Shown here: one piece after another, positions 13,420-25,926 of the stretch
How positions within the stretch are numbered: position 1 is the first letter of the stretch
Layout of the letters: each line of letters opens with the position of its first letter
Assembly (NCBI GenBank): GCA_024679065.1
Contig: JAGIQG010000003.1
Location: forward strand, 91,016,001 to 91,080,000
From: Sphyrna mokarran
Lineage: Eukaryota
Length of the DNA: 64,000 nucleotides
Direction of reading: 5' to 3'
The notes under the pieces: generated by a model
What the model saw: only the letters and a program-made list of their open reading frames with translations
Databases searched by the model: none
Told to the model about the DNA's origin: nothing
Made by a program: the position numbers and the translations under genes

Positions 13420-14350
13420 GATTGAACACAGGCAGCATAGAGGGCAAGCTGTGCCTTGAACAAGGAGGAGAAGAGCTCTCAGCAGAGAGCCATTCCCACC
13501 TAGGGCATTCCAGGAATACTCCTGTCTCCTGCTGAGCCAGGATTAGAGTTTGAGGAGGCAATGATTAACTGAGAATGTGGTCACTGAACTGAGCCATCTC
13601 TATCAACTGGACTTACAATTGCAGAGCAGGACAAAGGCTGTGCCACTATTATCCCTCAAGACCATTCCTGTCCTCGGGACCCTTCTAGACTGAGCTCATG
13701 ACATTGATGATAGCTTAGTTTATCAGGCACTACTGCATCAGAGTTGTCATGCTACAGGCAGTGAATGGGGATTTGACTGTATTCACTCGAGAAGTGGAAG
13801 GAGCATGTACACAGCTTCACTAGGGTAGTGGAATTTCCAATGGTGCATGCACTTGGCTCTGCAGCTGCTACATCTCAATGAGTAAATCTACCAGAAACAA
13901 GGATACAATTTCATCAACATGCAATTTGCAACCACGCATGGATCTTCATGTTGGTGAATACCCACTATTCTGGCAGCAATCACAGTGTTTTTATCCGTCA
14001 ACAGTAATATAACTATTGACCATTCCAACCATGTGATGAACCAGAGAGTGGCTACTGGGTGAAAAGTGTTACTTATTCTATATGTGATGCATGACTCCAC
14101 TCCACTGCTTAACCATGTATGGATAATGCCCCTATTATACTGCAACCAAGAATGTGGTGGAGATGACCATTGGCGATCTGAAATAATAGTTCTGCTGTCT
14201 GGACTCATTAGGAAATAACTCCAAGTCCGTGGTAATTTGCTGTGTTCTACAAAACCTGACAATAATGAGGAGCACAGTCCTGTCTGCCAGGCTATTGGTG
14301 AACTTCTCAAGAAGAAAAGGAGGCGGAAGATGAGGCATCAAAGGTATCTT
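13420..14350 (+). pseudogene. Decayed Harbinger (HARBI1-like DDE_Tnp_4) transposase
   Basis: Residual motifs: xCMHLAL (~13845), KGYxxINMQ (~13900), ATKNVVEMTIGDLK (~14142), VVICCVLQNL (~14229). Many stops and frameshifts. Confidence 0.7.
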
Positions 14351-15580
14351 TGCTTTGGATGGGCTATCAGTGAGTGGCTCATTAGACTTTACTTTCCCTA
14401 CAGATATCCCCAGCTTTCCAACTTTTTGCTACAACTCTTCACAGCAAACTCTTCATCAAATGTAAAACGCACACCAAAGACCCACTCCAAAACAACTTCA
14501 GCCAAAGCATCTCTAATAAAAATATGAAATGATACTATTCATCCTTTCCCTTGGTCTCTGTCTTGCTGGTGCCTTTGTTATTGTTCTGCTCCTATTTAGT
14601 GTTACCCTGGTGTTTGTTAATTTTCAGAACTTCAGTAACTCCAGAACTCCTTTGAGCAGCTCTGGATATGGAGGGCAGGTTTCAGAATGGACTGCACCAC
14701 CACCACGTGGGTAATAGCATGCTGGGCTGGCCTGCTGACAGACAGCAGCAAGGGCAAAGACAGAGTGGTAGTAACAGGAGCACAAATACTATCAACCAGA
14801 GAGAGAACAGTAGCTCTGTGGAACCAATATGAATCCCCAGTGCGGTACTTCAGCAATCCTGATAATCTGCTAGCAAATTGATTTCTGGCCAGCTGTGAGA
14901 ACCTGCAAGCCCTTTTGAGTGCAGTTATCCACAAGCCCTGAAGCCTGCAGGCTGAGATTATCAATAGGCATAGAGCTCAAGATCTTGGTCTAAGCTTCTT
15001 ACTGCGGCATTCAGACATTTGGTGACTCATGCCTGTGCTGCAGTGCAAACAAAGACATTAGCTCACAGATGCTGCATCACTGCTGAGACCATAAGTGCTG
15101 TCATGAAGTTGGCCAATATTTCCATACTGGAAAAGATGGGTTCCAAGCTCTTTGCAAAACCCTGTGCCAGTTTGGAACCAAATTCCTCCATGCTCCTTGA
15201 CAGTAACAACCGACATTGGTAACAAGCCTACCAATGCACCGAGAATCTCTATATGCTTTCCTATCAGATTTTCCTGCATGCAGCCCCATCAAATGCCTCA
15301 TCTGAGTTCACTGCAGCAGAACATGTCTGCGACCTCACGCACTGAAATGCTGACATAGAGGCTGCTCTTTTCCTGTTGGAGCTGTGAGAAAATACTGAAA
15401 ATATTCATTGGGTCAGGAAGCATCTACAGACAGAGAAGAGTTAATATTTCAGGTTGATGATATATGTTGTTTTTGCTCCCAATTTATTTAATCACTCATC
15501 AATTTAGCTCTTGATAACTGGTAATATCTTGGTGAATCATTACTGCACTCCTCCACAAGGACAGTATATTCTTCCTAATT

Positions 15581-16912
15581 GAGAGACAGGATCTACAGGC
15601 ATTTAGAAACACGAGGGCTGATTAGGGACAGTCAGCATGGCTTTGTAAGTGGAAAATCATGTCTCACAAATTTGATAGTTTTTTGAAGGAGCAACCAAGA
15701 AGATAGATGAGGACAGTGCAGTTGATGTTGTCTACATAGACTTTAGCAAGGTCTTTTATGAGGTACCGCATGGTAGGTTGTTGCATAAGGTTAAATCTCA
15801 CGGGATCCATGGCGAGGTAAGTAAATGGATACAAAATTGCCTTCTTGACAGATGCCACAGGGTGGTTATAGAGAGTATTTTTTTCAAACTGGGGGCCTGT
15901 GGCCAGTGGTGTGCCTCAGGGATCAGTGTGTGTCTATTGTTATTTGTCATTTATATTAATGATTTGAATGAGAATATAGGAAGCATGATTAGTAAGTTTG
16001 CAAGTTTAAGATTGGTGGCATAGTGGACAGTGAAGAAAGCTATCTCCAATTGCAACGGGATCTTGATCAATTGGGCCAGTGGGCTGACGAATGGCAGATG
16101 GAGTTTAATTTAGACAAATACAAGATAATGCATTTTGGTAGATTGAAGCAGGACAGGACTTACTCAGTTAATAATAGGGCATTGGGGAAAGTTACAGAGC
16201 AAAGGGATCTAGGGATACATATTCATAACTCCTTGAAAGTGGAGTCACAGGTGGACAGAGTGGTGAAGAAAACATTCAGCATGCTTGGTTTCATCAGTCA
16301 GAACATTGAATACAGGATTTGGAATGTTTTATTGAAGTTGCACAAGACATTGCTAAGGCCACACTTGGAATACTGCATGCAATTCTGGTCACCCTTTCAT
16401 AGAAAGGATATTATTAAACTAGAAAGAGTGCAGAAAAGATTTACTAGGATGGTACCAGGATTTGATGGATTGAATTTTCAGGATAGACTGGGACTTTTTT
16501 CTCTGGAGCATAGAGGCTGAGGGGTGATCTTATAGAGGTCTATAAAATACTGAGCGGAATAGACAAAGTAGATATCAATATCTCTTCCCAAAGCTAGGAG
16601 AGTCTAAAACTAGACAGCATAAGTTTAAAGTGAGGGGGGGAGAGATACAAAAGTGTCCAGAGAGGCAATTTTTTTTACAGAGGGTGGCGAGTGTCTGGAA
16701 CAAGCTGCCAGAGATAGTAGTGGAGGCGGGTACAATTTTGTCTTTTAAAAAGCATTTGGACAGTTACATGGGTATGATGGATGTAGAGGGATATGGGCCA
16801 AATGCTGGCAATTGAGATTAGCTTAGGGGTTTAAAAAAAACGGGTGACGTGGCCAAGTTGGGCAGAAGGGCCTGTTTCCACGCTGTAAACCTCTATGACT
16901 CCATGACTCTAT
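15581..16912 (+). mobile_element. CR1 (HER1-like) LINE, 5'-truncated RT C-half plus 3' UTR
   Basis: SQHGF..GKSCLTNL, VDVVYIDFSK, ORF 16023-16520 LQRDLDQLGQWADEWQMEFN...RPHLEYCMQFWSP...LERVQKRFTRM; 3' tail (CTATGACT)n. It sits inside an older minus-strand CR1 remnant (~15520-15580 and 16913-17110). Confidence 0.95.
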
Positions 16913-17442
16913 AATACATTGTGACCAGAATTGCACATTGCTCATGGCATTCCACTGGTGGTCTAACCAGAGCTTTGTATAGCTTCAACCAAACTTCCCC
17001 ACATTTACATTTAAACTTATAAAAAGGGTAGCATTCCATGAGCCTATTTATTTTCTATTCCTCACCGCTACATAGTCGTGTTGTGTGAACATGGACCCCT
17101 AAATTTCTTTGGTTCTTTTGTTTGAGCTCAGAAAGGAAGAGCCAGAAGTTGTGCATGAACACTGGTCATTGAGGTAAGATGGTAAAGAATGGCCAGCTCC
17201 ACTACAATCATAACTGCATTCATATTTAGCTCAGTGAGGTGCCAATCACACATGTCCAGTATAACTGGTAGCAACACTGGAATAAAGGCATTGGATGTGT
17301 TGTAGGTAACAATGTGAAGATCTGATTACTAAAAAAAAAGAGGGGGGATTTTTCTCGCTTGCTACTTGGGTGTGAAGTAGCAGTTAGACAAGGTATTATG
17401 ATATGATGTGCATGTACCTTTAAGGATGGACATCTTAAACGC

Positions 17443-17757
17443 ATAGAATCATAGAATCATTGAATCCTTACAGCGCAAAAGGGGGCCATTCAGCTCATCG
17501 AGTCTGCACCAATTACAATCCCACCTAGGCCCTTTTCCCATCATCTTATATATTAATCCTGTTAATACCCTGACACTAAGTTCAATTTACCATACCCAAT
17601 CAATATAATCTGCACATCTTTGGACTGTGGGGGGAAATCGGAGCATCTGGAGGAAACCCACGCAGACACAGGGAGAATGTGCAAGTTCCACACAGACAGT
17701 GACCTGAGGTCAGAATTAAACCCGGGTCTCTGGCACATGAGGCAGCAGTGCTAACAA
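17443..17757 (-). mobile_element. HE1 V-SINE with CR1-derived tail
   Basis: ATAGAATCATAGAATC tail at left; TGCACATCTTTGGACTGTGGG...GGAGGAAACCCACGCAGACAC core; tRNA head end GGCAGCAGTGCTAAC. Confidence 0.9.
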
Positions 17758-19234
17758 CAGGATGTGAATACTATGACTTGTTGTGTCAAAGAGAAAAAGA
17801 ATATAACATGGTAACATGGTGGCAGTATTGTTTTGATGAATTGGCGTGGAAAATATGCAAGCTTCAACTTTTTGCAACAAGCAGAAGAAAAGAACTGGAA
17901 TTAAACTGAAACTCATCATATTTAAGTTCTTCTCTAACATTTTAGGATTCCTGTACATTTATTCTAGGAATGCATTTCATTTCTGATAGCAGGTATTATC
18001 TCCTAGAAAGATTGCTCAAATTCCGGTGAGCTTAACCAGTAAAAGTTTACATGATACGGAGTTTTCTCAGGAGCAGAAATTACACAGCAGACTTCAAGTG
18101 GTCTCTCTCTAAGTAGACCTCACAGACGAGAGAGAGGCTATTGCTGCTCAAGTTAAATGCTATAGACTGGATTGGGAAGAAGAATCCATCCAGTAACAGC
18201 TCCTAACTGCTAAAATAAGCCTGCAAAAATACTTTTTCACATTTCGTTTTTACACTTCTGAAGCCCTAGATTCATTTTTCCACCTAAATCATTGCTCTGT
18301 GGGCAGAGCTTAGAGTCAACTCAGAGAAAATCAGAGCTCAAAAGTGCCACCATTTCAGTCAAGCTGTGACCAATGGTCATGTAAAAGGTACTGCAACTCA
18401 GAGTTAATCTAACACAAAGAGCTGGAAGAAACTTGTGTTGCGATTAAAAGCCCAGATAGCTTTAAAAGCCCTGCGCAAAGCTAAAGGATGACCACAAAAT
18501 TTCCAAGTTCAACTGGAAAGCAACAAGTCTTCTATCTAAATTTGTTCCAACAATGCATTGAGTCATGTTTTCAATACTTCTAAATAAGATAGGCAAACCA
18601 CAACAATGGAAATTGCTATAAGCAATGAAGGCCTCCATAGACTAAACACATCAGTCTGTCCGATTACTATTATCAAAATCCAGATAAAAGATAGTGTTCT
18701 GATCCTGGGCCAGATCCCAAAGTTTGTGATAAGTTCCAGTTAAAGGCCAATAAAGTTTTGTTTAAAGTAGATAACTTCTGAAATGTAAGACACTTACTAC
18801 GAGAACAAAGCCACAAGTTTCCATGGGTTTTGAACAAACAATGTTATTATATGATGTCAAAAAGATAAAACATAAGGCAACTAAAGCCTCATGGATTGAA
18901 CACATTAAAGACCATCTTAAAAATGCTGATTAAGTATGGCCAATACCTAAAGATCAATAGTCAAGTTCAGCTTCCAAATACACCATCAAGAGTTCATGTC
19001 CTTTAGGCAACAACCAACAAAGACTATTGATTATTTCATACCTTGATTCAGAAACAAGACTTCTTGTGACTCTGTGCTTCACTGCAGCAGAACGAGCTCC
19101 AATAGCATTCCAAACCCAATCCAATGTTTACACCAGGGAAACACTGCAACAAAGTGTATGATTAAACAAACGGCTGACACATTTCAAAGACTTACAAGTG
19201 TACTGCTCTGTGTTAAGGTTCATTCAGACACAAA

Positions 19235-20255
19235 GGGAGGTGATTTTGCAAAAAGAGCTAATTGCCCAACGTGTGGGAAAACAGGAGATCTTCCTGCCAT
19301 TTTTTGGGTGTATTCGGTGGATGGATTTCCGACACTTCCAAAGTCCGCTGCGGGATTCATGCTGGTAAGGGCAGGGGTCTAAACCAACCTGAGAGGCCAG
19401 CATCAGCGTACTGAGTCAGCTACTGCACATGCACTGACCTGTCAGTGGGGAGATTAGTGCGTGTACCCTTGCCTCCCAATTGCTGGCCTTTTGATCACTG
19501 GCTTCCCTAATCTCCCCCACAATAACCGGCTTCCCCCCAGTTGCCAGCCTCCATAACATCCCCCCATCTCCTCCCAGGCCAGACCTAAGCACAAGCCCCC
19601 ATCGTCAGCCCAACACTCCTCTAGGGCCAGTCCAACCTCCCCTTCTTATGACTGGCTTGAAACTTCCCCTCCCTATGGTCAGCCTGATTTTCCCTCTCCC
19701 CCATACCCAGCCACAATTGTCCTCCTCCTTCCCAACCCCATCAATCCCTCATACAGAGGTCCCATCCACCACCACTGATCACTCTCACCCCCAGTGGGCC
19801 ACACCCCCTCATATCTCACCCCCTTGGCATTCCACAGTACTCAGTGGGCAGTGCCAGGGTTCCAGGCTGGCACTTCCTGAGAGGCACTGTCTGCCTCAAC
19901 CTCCCAGAGGGTCTCAATGGCCTCTGTCTCCCACTGTGAAGTGAATACACCTGGTTCCTATTGATGGGGAGCAGATTTAATTCCCATTGATGGGAACTTG
20001 TCCCAGCGGGAAGGAAACATTAGCAAGCCCGGATAATATTATTATGAACTCACTAATGAGATTGAAATTGTACTTTCCATATCATAATCAGTCTCATGCT
20101 GATTTCTTGTGCAAGGCTCATTATGTTATAAAAAAGATCCGGGAAAGTCGCAATTGTCTGCACGCTGGTCGTGACTCCCGCTCCAGACCCCTGCTAACAT
20201 TTCCTGGCCTGCTTTGCTACTTGAGCAGTTCAGCAAGCTGGGAAAAATCGCTCCC
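19235..20255. mobile_element. ~1 kb non-autonomous Harbinger-type element
   Basis: Termini GGGAGGTGATTTT / AAAAATCGCTCCC; C-rich interior like other copies in the window. Confidence 0.6.
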
Positions 20256-20943
20256 AAGGTTATTTTCATTTGCTGTTATATAAATAGTTTGTTCCTTTAA
20301 GGATTAAACTTTAAGACCATAGAATCCCAATAGCACAGAATGAGGCCATTTGGCCCATTGAGCCTGTAGTTAGAAAATGATATATTGTGCTATCTGTATG
20401 TTCCTTCCAGGGAACATATTTTAAACTGCTATCAATCATTACACACATTGACAAGATGTGATACATTAGTCCCAAGGTTTATAGTGAGTCTGCAAGCAAC
20501 AGTAGTAGAAGTCAGTTGCATGATACAAAGCCTCCCAGTTAACTGTATATAGTCATATCTTCAAATAAAGAACCCACTTTATTGTTTCACTAACCTTTGT
20601 GTATGATTGGCACATTTACATTGAAGAAAAAGAGAATATAATGAAATCATAAGGAAAAAAGCTGGATGGGGTAACCACGCAAGCCAGTAGAGTATCCCCA
20701 CTTATTTTCCACTGACTTAAACAAATGGAAAGAAAATGAAACTGTCCTGATTAGAGGTCTGTCAACTATCGGTGTCTGGTTTTCCTCTTTGTTGCTCACG
20801 CAATTAATGCCGTATGCCCAAATCCTAAAAAACATCCTGTCTCAAGTTGTCTTGATGATGGGATTTTGTGCTTTGAGAGGATGTAATTCTGAGTGTTTGA
20901 GAAGTTTTCTAACTTTTATGTTACAATGGGTAAGAGTTTCACT

Positions 20944-21218
20944 CACAGTGGCACAGTGGTTAGCGCTACTGCCCCATAGCCCCAGAGACCTGGTTTGATT
21001 CCCGCTTGAGTTACTGTCTGTATGGAGTTTGCACGTTCTCCCTATATCTGCGTGGGTTTCCTCTGGGTGCTCCAGTTTCCTCCCGCAGTCCAAAAGACAT
21101 GCTGGTTACATGCATTGATCTGAACAGGTGCCTGAGTGTGGAGACTAGAGGAATTTCACAGTAACTTCATTGCAGTGTTAATGTAAGGCTCACTTGTGAC
21201 TAATAAGTAAACTTTAAA
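20944..21218 (+). mobile_element. V-SINE, same tail type as 2667-2980
   Basis: CACAGTGGCACAGTGGTTAGC head, V-domain, tail GACTAGAGGAATTTCACAGTAACTTCATTGCAGTGTTAATG. Confidence 0.9.
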
Positions 21219-22259
21219 AATGGTTAATGACATCAGCGGGATAGTAAGAACCTGCCGGCGGCAATGATGGACCACTTCTGCTACCTGAAAATCGTAGCCA
21301 TTAATCTTGTTTCTCTCACCACAAATTCAGCCAGACCTGCTGAGTATTTGCAGCATTTCTGTTTGATTTTGGATTTGCAGCATTTGGAGTATCAAAAACA
21401 AACTTTTCAAAACTATTTATCCATTTGTTTGTCATTTGTGAGAATCTGTTGCGTGCAAATTGTCTGCTGTGTTTTCATTAAAAATGGTGATTGCACTAGA
21501 AAAGTAATGAATCTGATATAAAATACTTTGAATGTCTTCAGGCTATGTCTGAGCTCACAAAAATCTCCATGCTTTTTTCAAATTCCTTTTTAGTTAATTA
21601 GGGAAGAGGGATCAAGGGTATAAAATAAGGATTGCTTTGCATTTTTTTGTGCTGATGCTTTTATATGTTGGTTGGATGTTAATTTGTATACAAATGGGGT
21701 TGGTTGCTCGCTTTACTGTGAGAGAGGACGTTTTCACTTTAGGTTTTCTGATCAGTTTCAATTTAACATTGGCGTGATCACACTTGAAATAAATGGGCCT
21801 GTGCCAGTGTTAAAAAGATTTTGATGGGATCAGTCTAGGCCCATGGGTAGTTTTGTGGATTGCTACATTGGCAAGCAGTTTGTGTTTGCCCCTGTGAGGA
21901 GCTTCAGACAATGAGCCATTAAGCATGCTGTTTGTACTCCTGTGGAGAAGAGCCAACACAGCATGAAGCCTAACATATAATGCTTAAGGGCCTGCAAAAT
22001 GGTGATAGCTGGATTATCAACTGCCTGCTCATGAACAGAGAAAGAAAACTGAACAAAGGTCAAAGGCAAAGCTCTACACAATTCCAAAGAAACATTTTTT
22101 ACATTGTTTATCAAAAGAAAAAGATGCATGATGACATTAGATGAAAGGTTCATGACGCAAGTACAAACTAAATAGAACAGGAGTACCAAATGATGAATGG
22201 AATTCCTGAGTTGCCTTTTTCTTCTCCAGCAGTTCCTAGGGACTGAGAGTGATTTTCTT

Positions 22260-22960
22260 CCACTCAAGTGTTGTGGGTCCCGAGTTGACTAAAAAGGCTA
22301 AAAACTGGGTCCACATACTCTGCCGCTGCTGGGGCAGATAGAGTCTGATGAAGTAATTGGGTGGGATGCTCAGATTTTGGTCTGCTCCTTCTTTGTTTAT
22401 GCTTGACCTCTGCCTGGGCTTGTTTGAGGTGATCAAAATGGTTGGCACCTACACAGGTGCTTCTTATCCAGTTTGTATGGTGTCAAGCAAGAAATTTTCA
22501 CAAATCAGGTGGGTTGTTGCATTTTTTTCAGGGAGATTTTGAGGATGTCCCTGAAACATTTCCTTTGTCCTCCTGGTAACTGCTCGCTGTGATGAATCTC
22601 AATGCAGAGACCTTATTTTGGGAGTCTTGTGTCACGCATGTGGATTGTTTGGCCAGCACAATGAGGATGATTAACTGTAACTGGTGCTTTGATTCTGTTG
22701 ATCTGAGAGAGGACATTGATACTAGAGTGCCTAACATACTGTTGACTTTGCGGAGGTATCACTGGCAACATTTCTCCAGGGTTATAAGGTGTTTGCTGTA
22801 CATTGTCCATGAGGGAGCATTGCAGTATGTTGATGACATTTGTGTATGTGCACACATAGAGGCCAAACTCCAAAGTATCATCAACACATTCACAGAGGGG
22901 TATGAAAGACTAGATCTTAGGCTATACGTCGAAAGATGAAGGTCTTCTACCAGCCTGTGA
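22260..22960 (-). mobile_element. RTE LINE fragment with internal inversion
   Basis: Minus strand 22260-22745 encodes the RTE C-terminus (SINVLSQ...HMRDTRLPK). Plus strand 22815-22955 encodes the RT core LQYVDDICVCAHIEAKLQSIINTFTEGYERLDLRL. Confidence 0.75.
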
Positions 22961-23849
22961 GTAATAGTGGGCTAATCTAATCACTATCAATACTTAGATA
23001 ATGTAGCACAAAAATTGAAGAAGGCAACAAAATGGTGAGATATATGCGTGGTGAGACCCATAGGAGAGAAGACTATTAGTGAGAAATTTCCGAGGTCAAT
23101 GTGGATTTGAAGTGGGGGGCAGGGTCCAGGAAAATAGCGGGAAATCACATCAGAAAAGCTCCCTAAAGTCTTCCCACCTCTGAATGAATTTTTCAAAGGC
23201 AATCTGGGCACCAGGATGGAAACTTAGTGGGAATGATGAATATCCAATTAAGGCTGTTAAGGAGGTAATTGACAATTATTTTTTTAAAGGGGAATTGAAA
23301 TTGACTGAAGATGTACAGAGCTTCAATAGCTTGCCAGTTTAAAGAGGGTGAAAACACTATCTGAATTTCATTGTTACCCAAAATTGACAGGCATTCAAAT
23401 GCACAGTATCCAAGCAGCAAGATTCAGGGTTATCATTGGAAAAGAATATAGCTTATAGAGCAGATGGCCTGCTGTTAAAGCCAGTAAAGAGAAGATATTC
23501 TCATTGGAGTCCTGTAATAATACCTGATGTAGTGTTCAATTGTTCAATCATTTGATGTTTGATTCTATGTGTTTGAATCTTCATTGTTCTGCGTGCTGTT
23601 ATTCAAGACTGGATGTATTTATTAAGACAAACAAAAAGCAAACTGGAAGCCGATGCTGCAGACATTTTAAAGCACTGTAAATATAGCTCTGCTTTAGACA
23701 TGGAAATTAGTGTGGCATCTCTGCATATGTCAAAGGCAGAAAATATCACACCAAAGAAATTCAAGAGGCAAACTCTGAGTAGAGAAATGCACTTAGAGCT
23801 GACCTTCTCCTATGAGAAGGAGAAAGAGAGAGAGAGGAGGAATTCAGCT

Positions 23850-24810
23850 GCCATATGTATAGGAAAGTAGTGGGAAGGGGAATACCAGCAGCATGACATA
23901 GTGTAACCTCCTGAATCTGGAAGGTGCAAAGAGGCAGGGAAGCAGTTGGAAATTCAAGTTAATTGCTAACCAATGTACAGGATCATATGGCATGCCACAT
24001 GGCTCCTGCATGTAGTTTGCCAGACATGGTCCTCCACAAGGGTTACCATTCTGTCTATGAAGGAGATTGTGTCTGCATAATTCAGAAACATGGTTTCATT
24101 CATCACACTGATGACTTTCTCTATTCCAGACAGTTGGGAGAGAGTAGTTGTTGGAAACTCTGTCAGATGCCCACATGTTTCTCAATTATAATCGGCACTG
24201 ACTTGTGCTCAAATTGTTGGCTATGTTGGTCTGGTGTGACGCTAACCCCTGTCTTCATGCAAATAGTGGTCCTTGTTGAGTTACTGTGTATAAATATTCC
24301 CCAGCATAGGATGCCATGGCTACTAAAGAATATGTGCAGGACTAGTACCTTCCAAGGATGCTTGCTATTGGCTTTGCTCGCCTTCAGTAGGTCATTGAAG
24401 AGTTTCCAGCCCATATCATGGTAATGATACAGTGGCTGCAAATCTTTTTGGTCACTTTCAGCCAGGTCTTCTTAATGAGACTGATTTCCTTTCTCTTCCT
24501 CCCATCCTCTGGGAAGATTATCTGCCTGCTTTCTTCACTGCTTGCAGAAGTATTTCCAGGGAGGTGTTAATAAACTGTCTAGTGACCTATTTGCATAGAT
24601 CTTCCAGCCCTCTACACACTGCCTTCTGTCATACCCTTGTTTCAACCTTCTATTGGCAGCCGATATGTAAGCTGTAGATGACCATTTAATGCTGACACAC
24701 TTAATTGAACTGCTGATACTAACTCTTATTCACCAGCCTTAATTGGTCAGCTCCCTTGCATGTCTATGGTTAATTAGTCAGATGGCATCACTTACTCATA
24801 GAAATCCCAT
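23850..24810 (-). mobile_element. Decayed Harbinger remnant with Myb/SANT-like exon
   Basis: Minus strand ~24570-24430 gives NTSLEILLQAVKK..IIFPEDGRKR-like text, matching the Myb N-terminus of the 41 kb element. Boundaries uncertain. Confidence 0.5.
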
Positions 24811-25366
24811 CATCCGTGCACGTGTGGAGTTTGGGGAGGTGGGGAGAATGGTTTGTGATGCAGAAATGACTGCACTGTCAGGATCTCCACCCAACCAGAA
24901 CTTATGCCAAGTCTACACAATATACTGTCCACCCACCAGACTACAAAAAGGATGTTCAAAAGTTGGAGAGGAGGCAACAGGAATGATTTCAATTAGAATT
25001 GAAAAAGGAGCAATCACTACAGCTTAGAAATATATGAAGAGGCCTTTTTATGATCTGTGCAAAATAATAGAAGATTTGGTAAATGTCAGTCCTGAATATT
25101 ACTCAAATTTAGAGGAGCTGTAAAATCTTAAAGAATAATTAATAGATGGGAACAGAAGGATTTTTTTCCTTACAGTATTAATAAATTCTTATCAATATTT
25201 TTACAAGCATTTATTTCCAAATATTGTTAAAATGTGGAAGTTCAAACACAGACTGTAACTAAGTGACATACCGGGAATATATGATCTATAGTTTGCACCC
25301 CTCACGTACAGGTTTCCCTCCTCATAGGTGCTTCCAAATGTCTCCTCTGATCTTTGATTTCAATGA

Positions 25367-25913
25367 TGTGGAGATGCTGCCATTGAACTGGGATAAACAC
25401 AGCAAGGAGTCTCACAACACCAGGTTAAAATCCAACAGGTTTATTTGGTAGCAAACAACACCAGCTTTTGGGACTCTGTCTCTTTGTCAGGTGAGTGGGG
25501 AGTTCTGATCACAAACAGGGCATATAAAGATTCACACTCAGTTTACAGAATACTGATTAGAATGCAAGCCTTTACAGCTAATTAAGTCTTAAAGGTGCAG
25601 ACACTGTGAGTGGAGGTAGCATTAAGCACAGGTTAAAGAGATGTGTATTGTCTCCACACAGGATAGTAAGTTCGCATGTGTGCGGAACTTGGCTATCAAT
25701 CTCTGCTCAGTGACTTTGTGCTATCGTGTGTTGTGAAGGCTGCCTTGGAGAACGCTTACCCAAAGATCAGAGGCCGAATACCTGTGACTGCTAAAGTGTT
25801 CACCAACAGGAAGAGAACAATCTTGCTTGGTGAGGATGGCCTCAACTGGGATCTTGGGTTTATGTCACACTATTTGTAACCACAATGACTTGTCTGGGTG
25901 TACAATATCTCAC
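25367..25913. mobile_element. Penelope-like element 3' fragment with inverted end
   Basis: Begins TGTGGAGATG like 7537. Contains GLNWDLGFMSHY (end of the GIY-YIG ORF) on the plus strand after an inversion at ~25830. 13-bp TSD TTGATTTCAATGA at 25354-25366 and 25914-25926. Confidence 0.8.
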
Positions 25914-25926
25914 TTGATTTCAATGA

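Noticed and set aside
17960-19230. Possible LTR/ERV remnant (TGTTCTGATCC... at ~18695)
   Set aside because: Composition resembles the LTR at 48888, but I could not find a matching end, TSD or coding motif.
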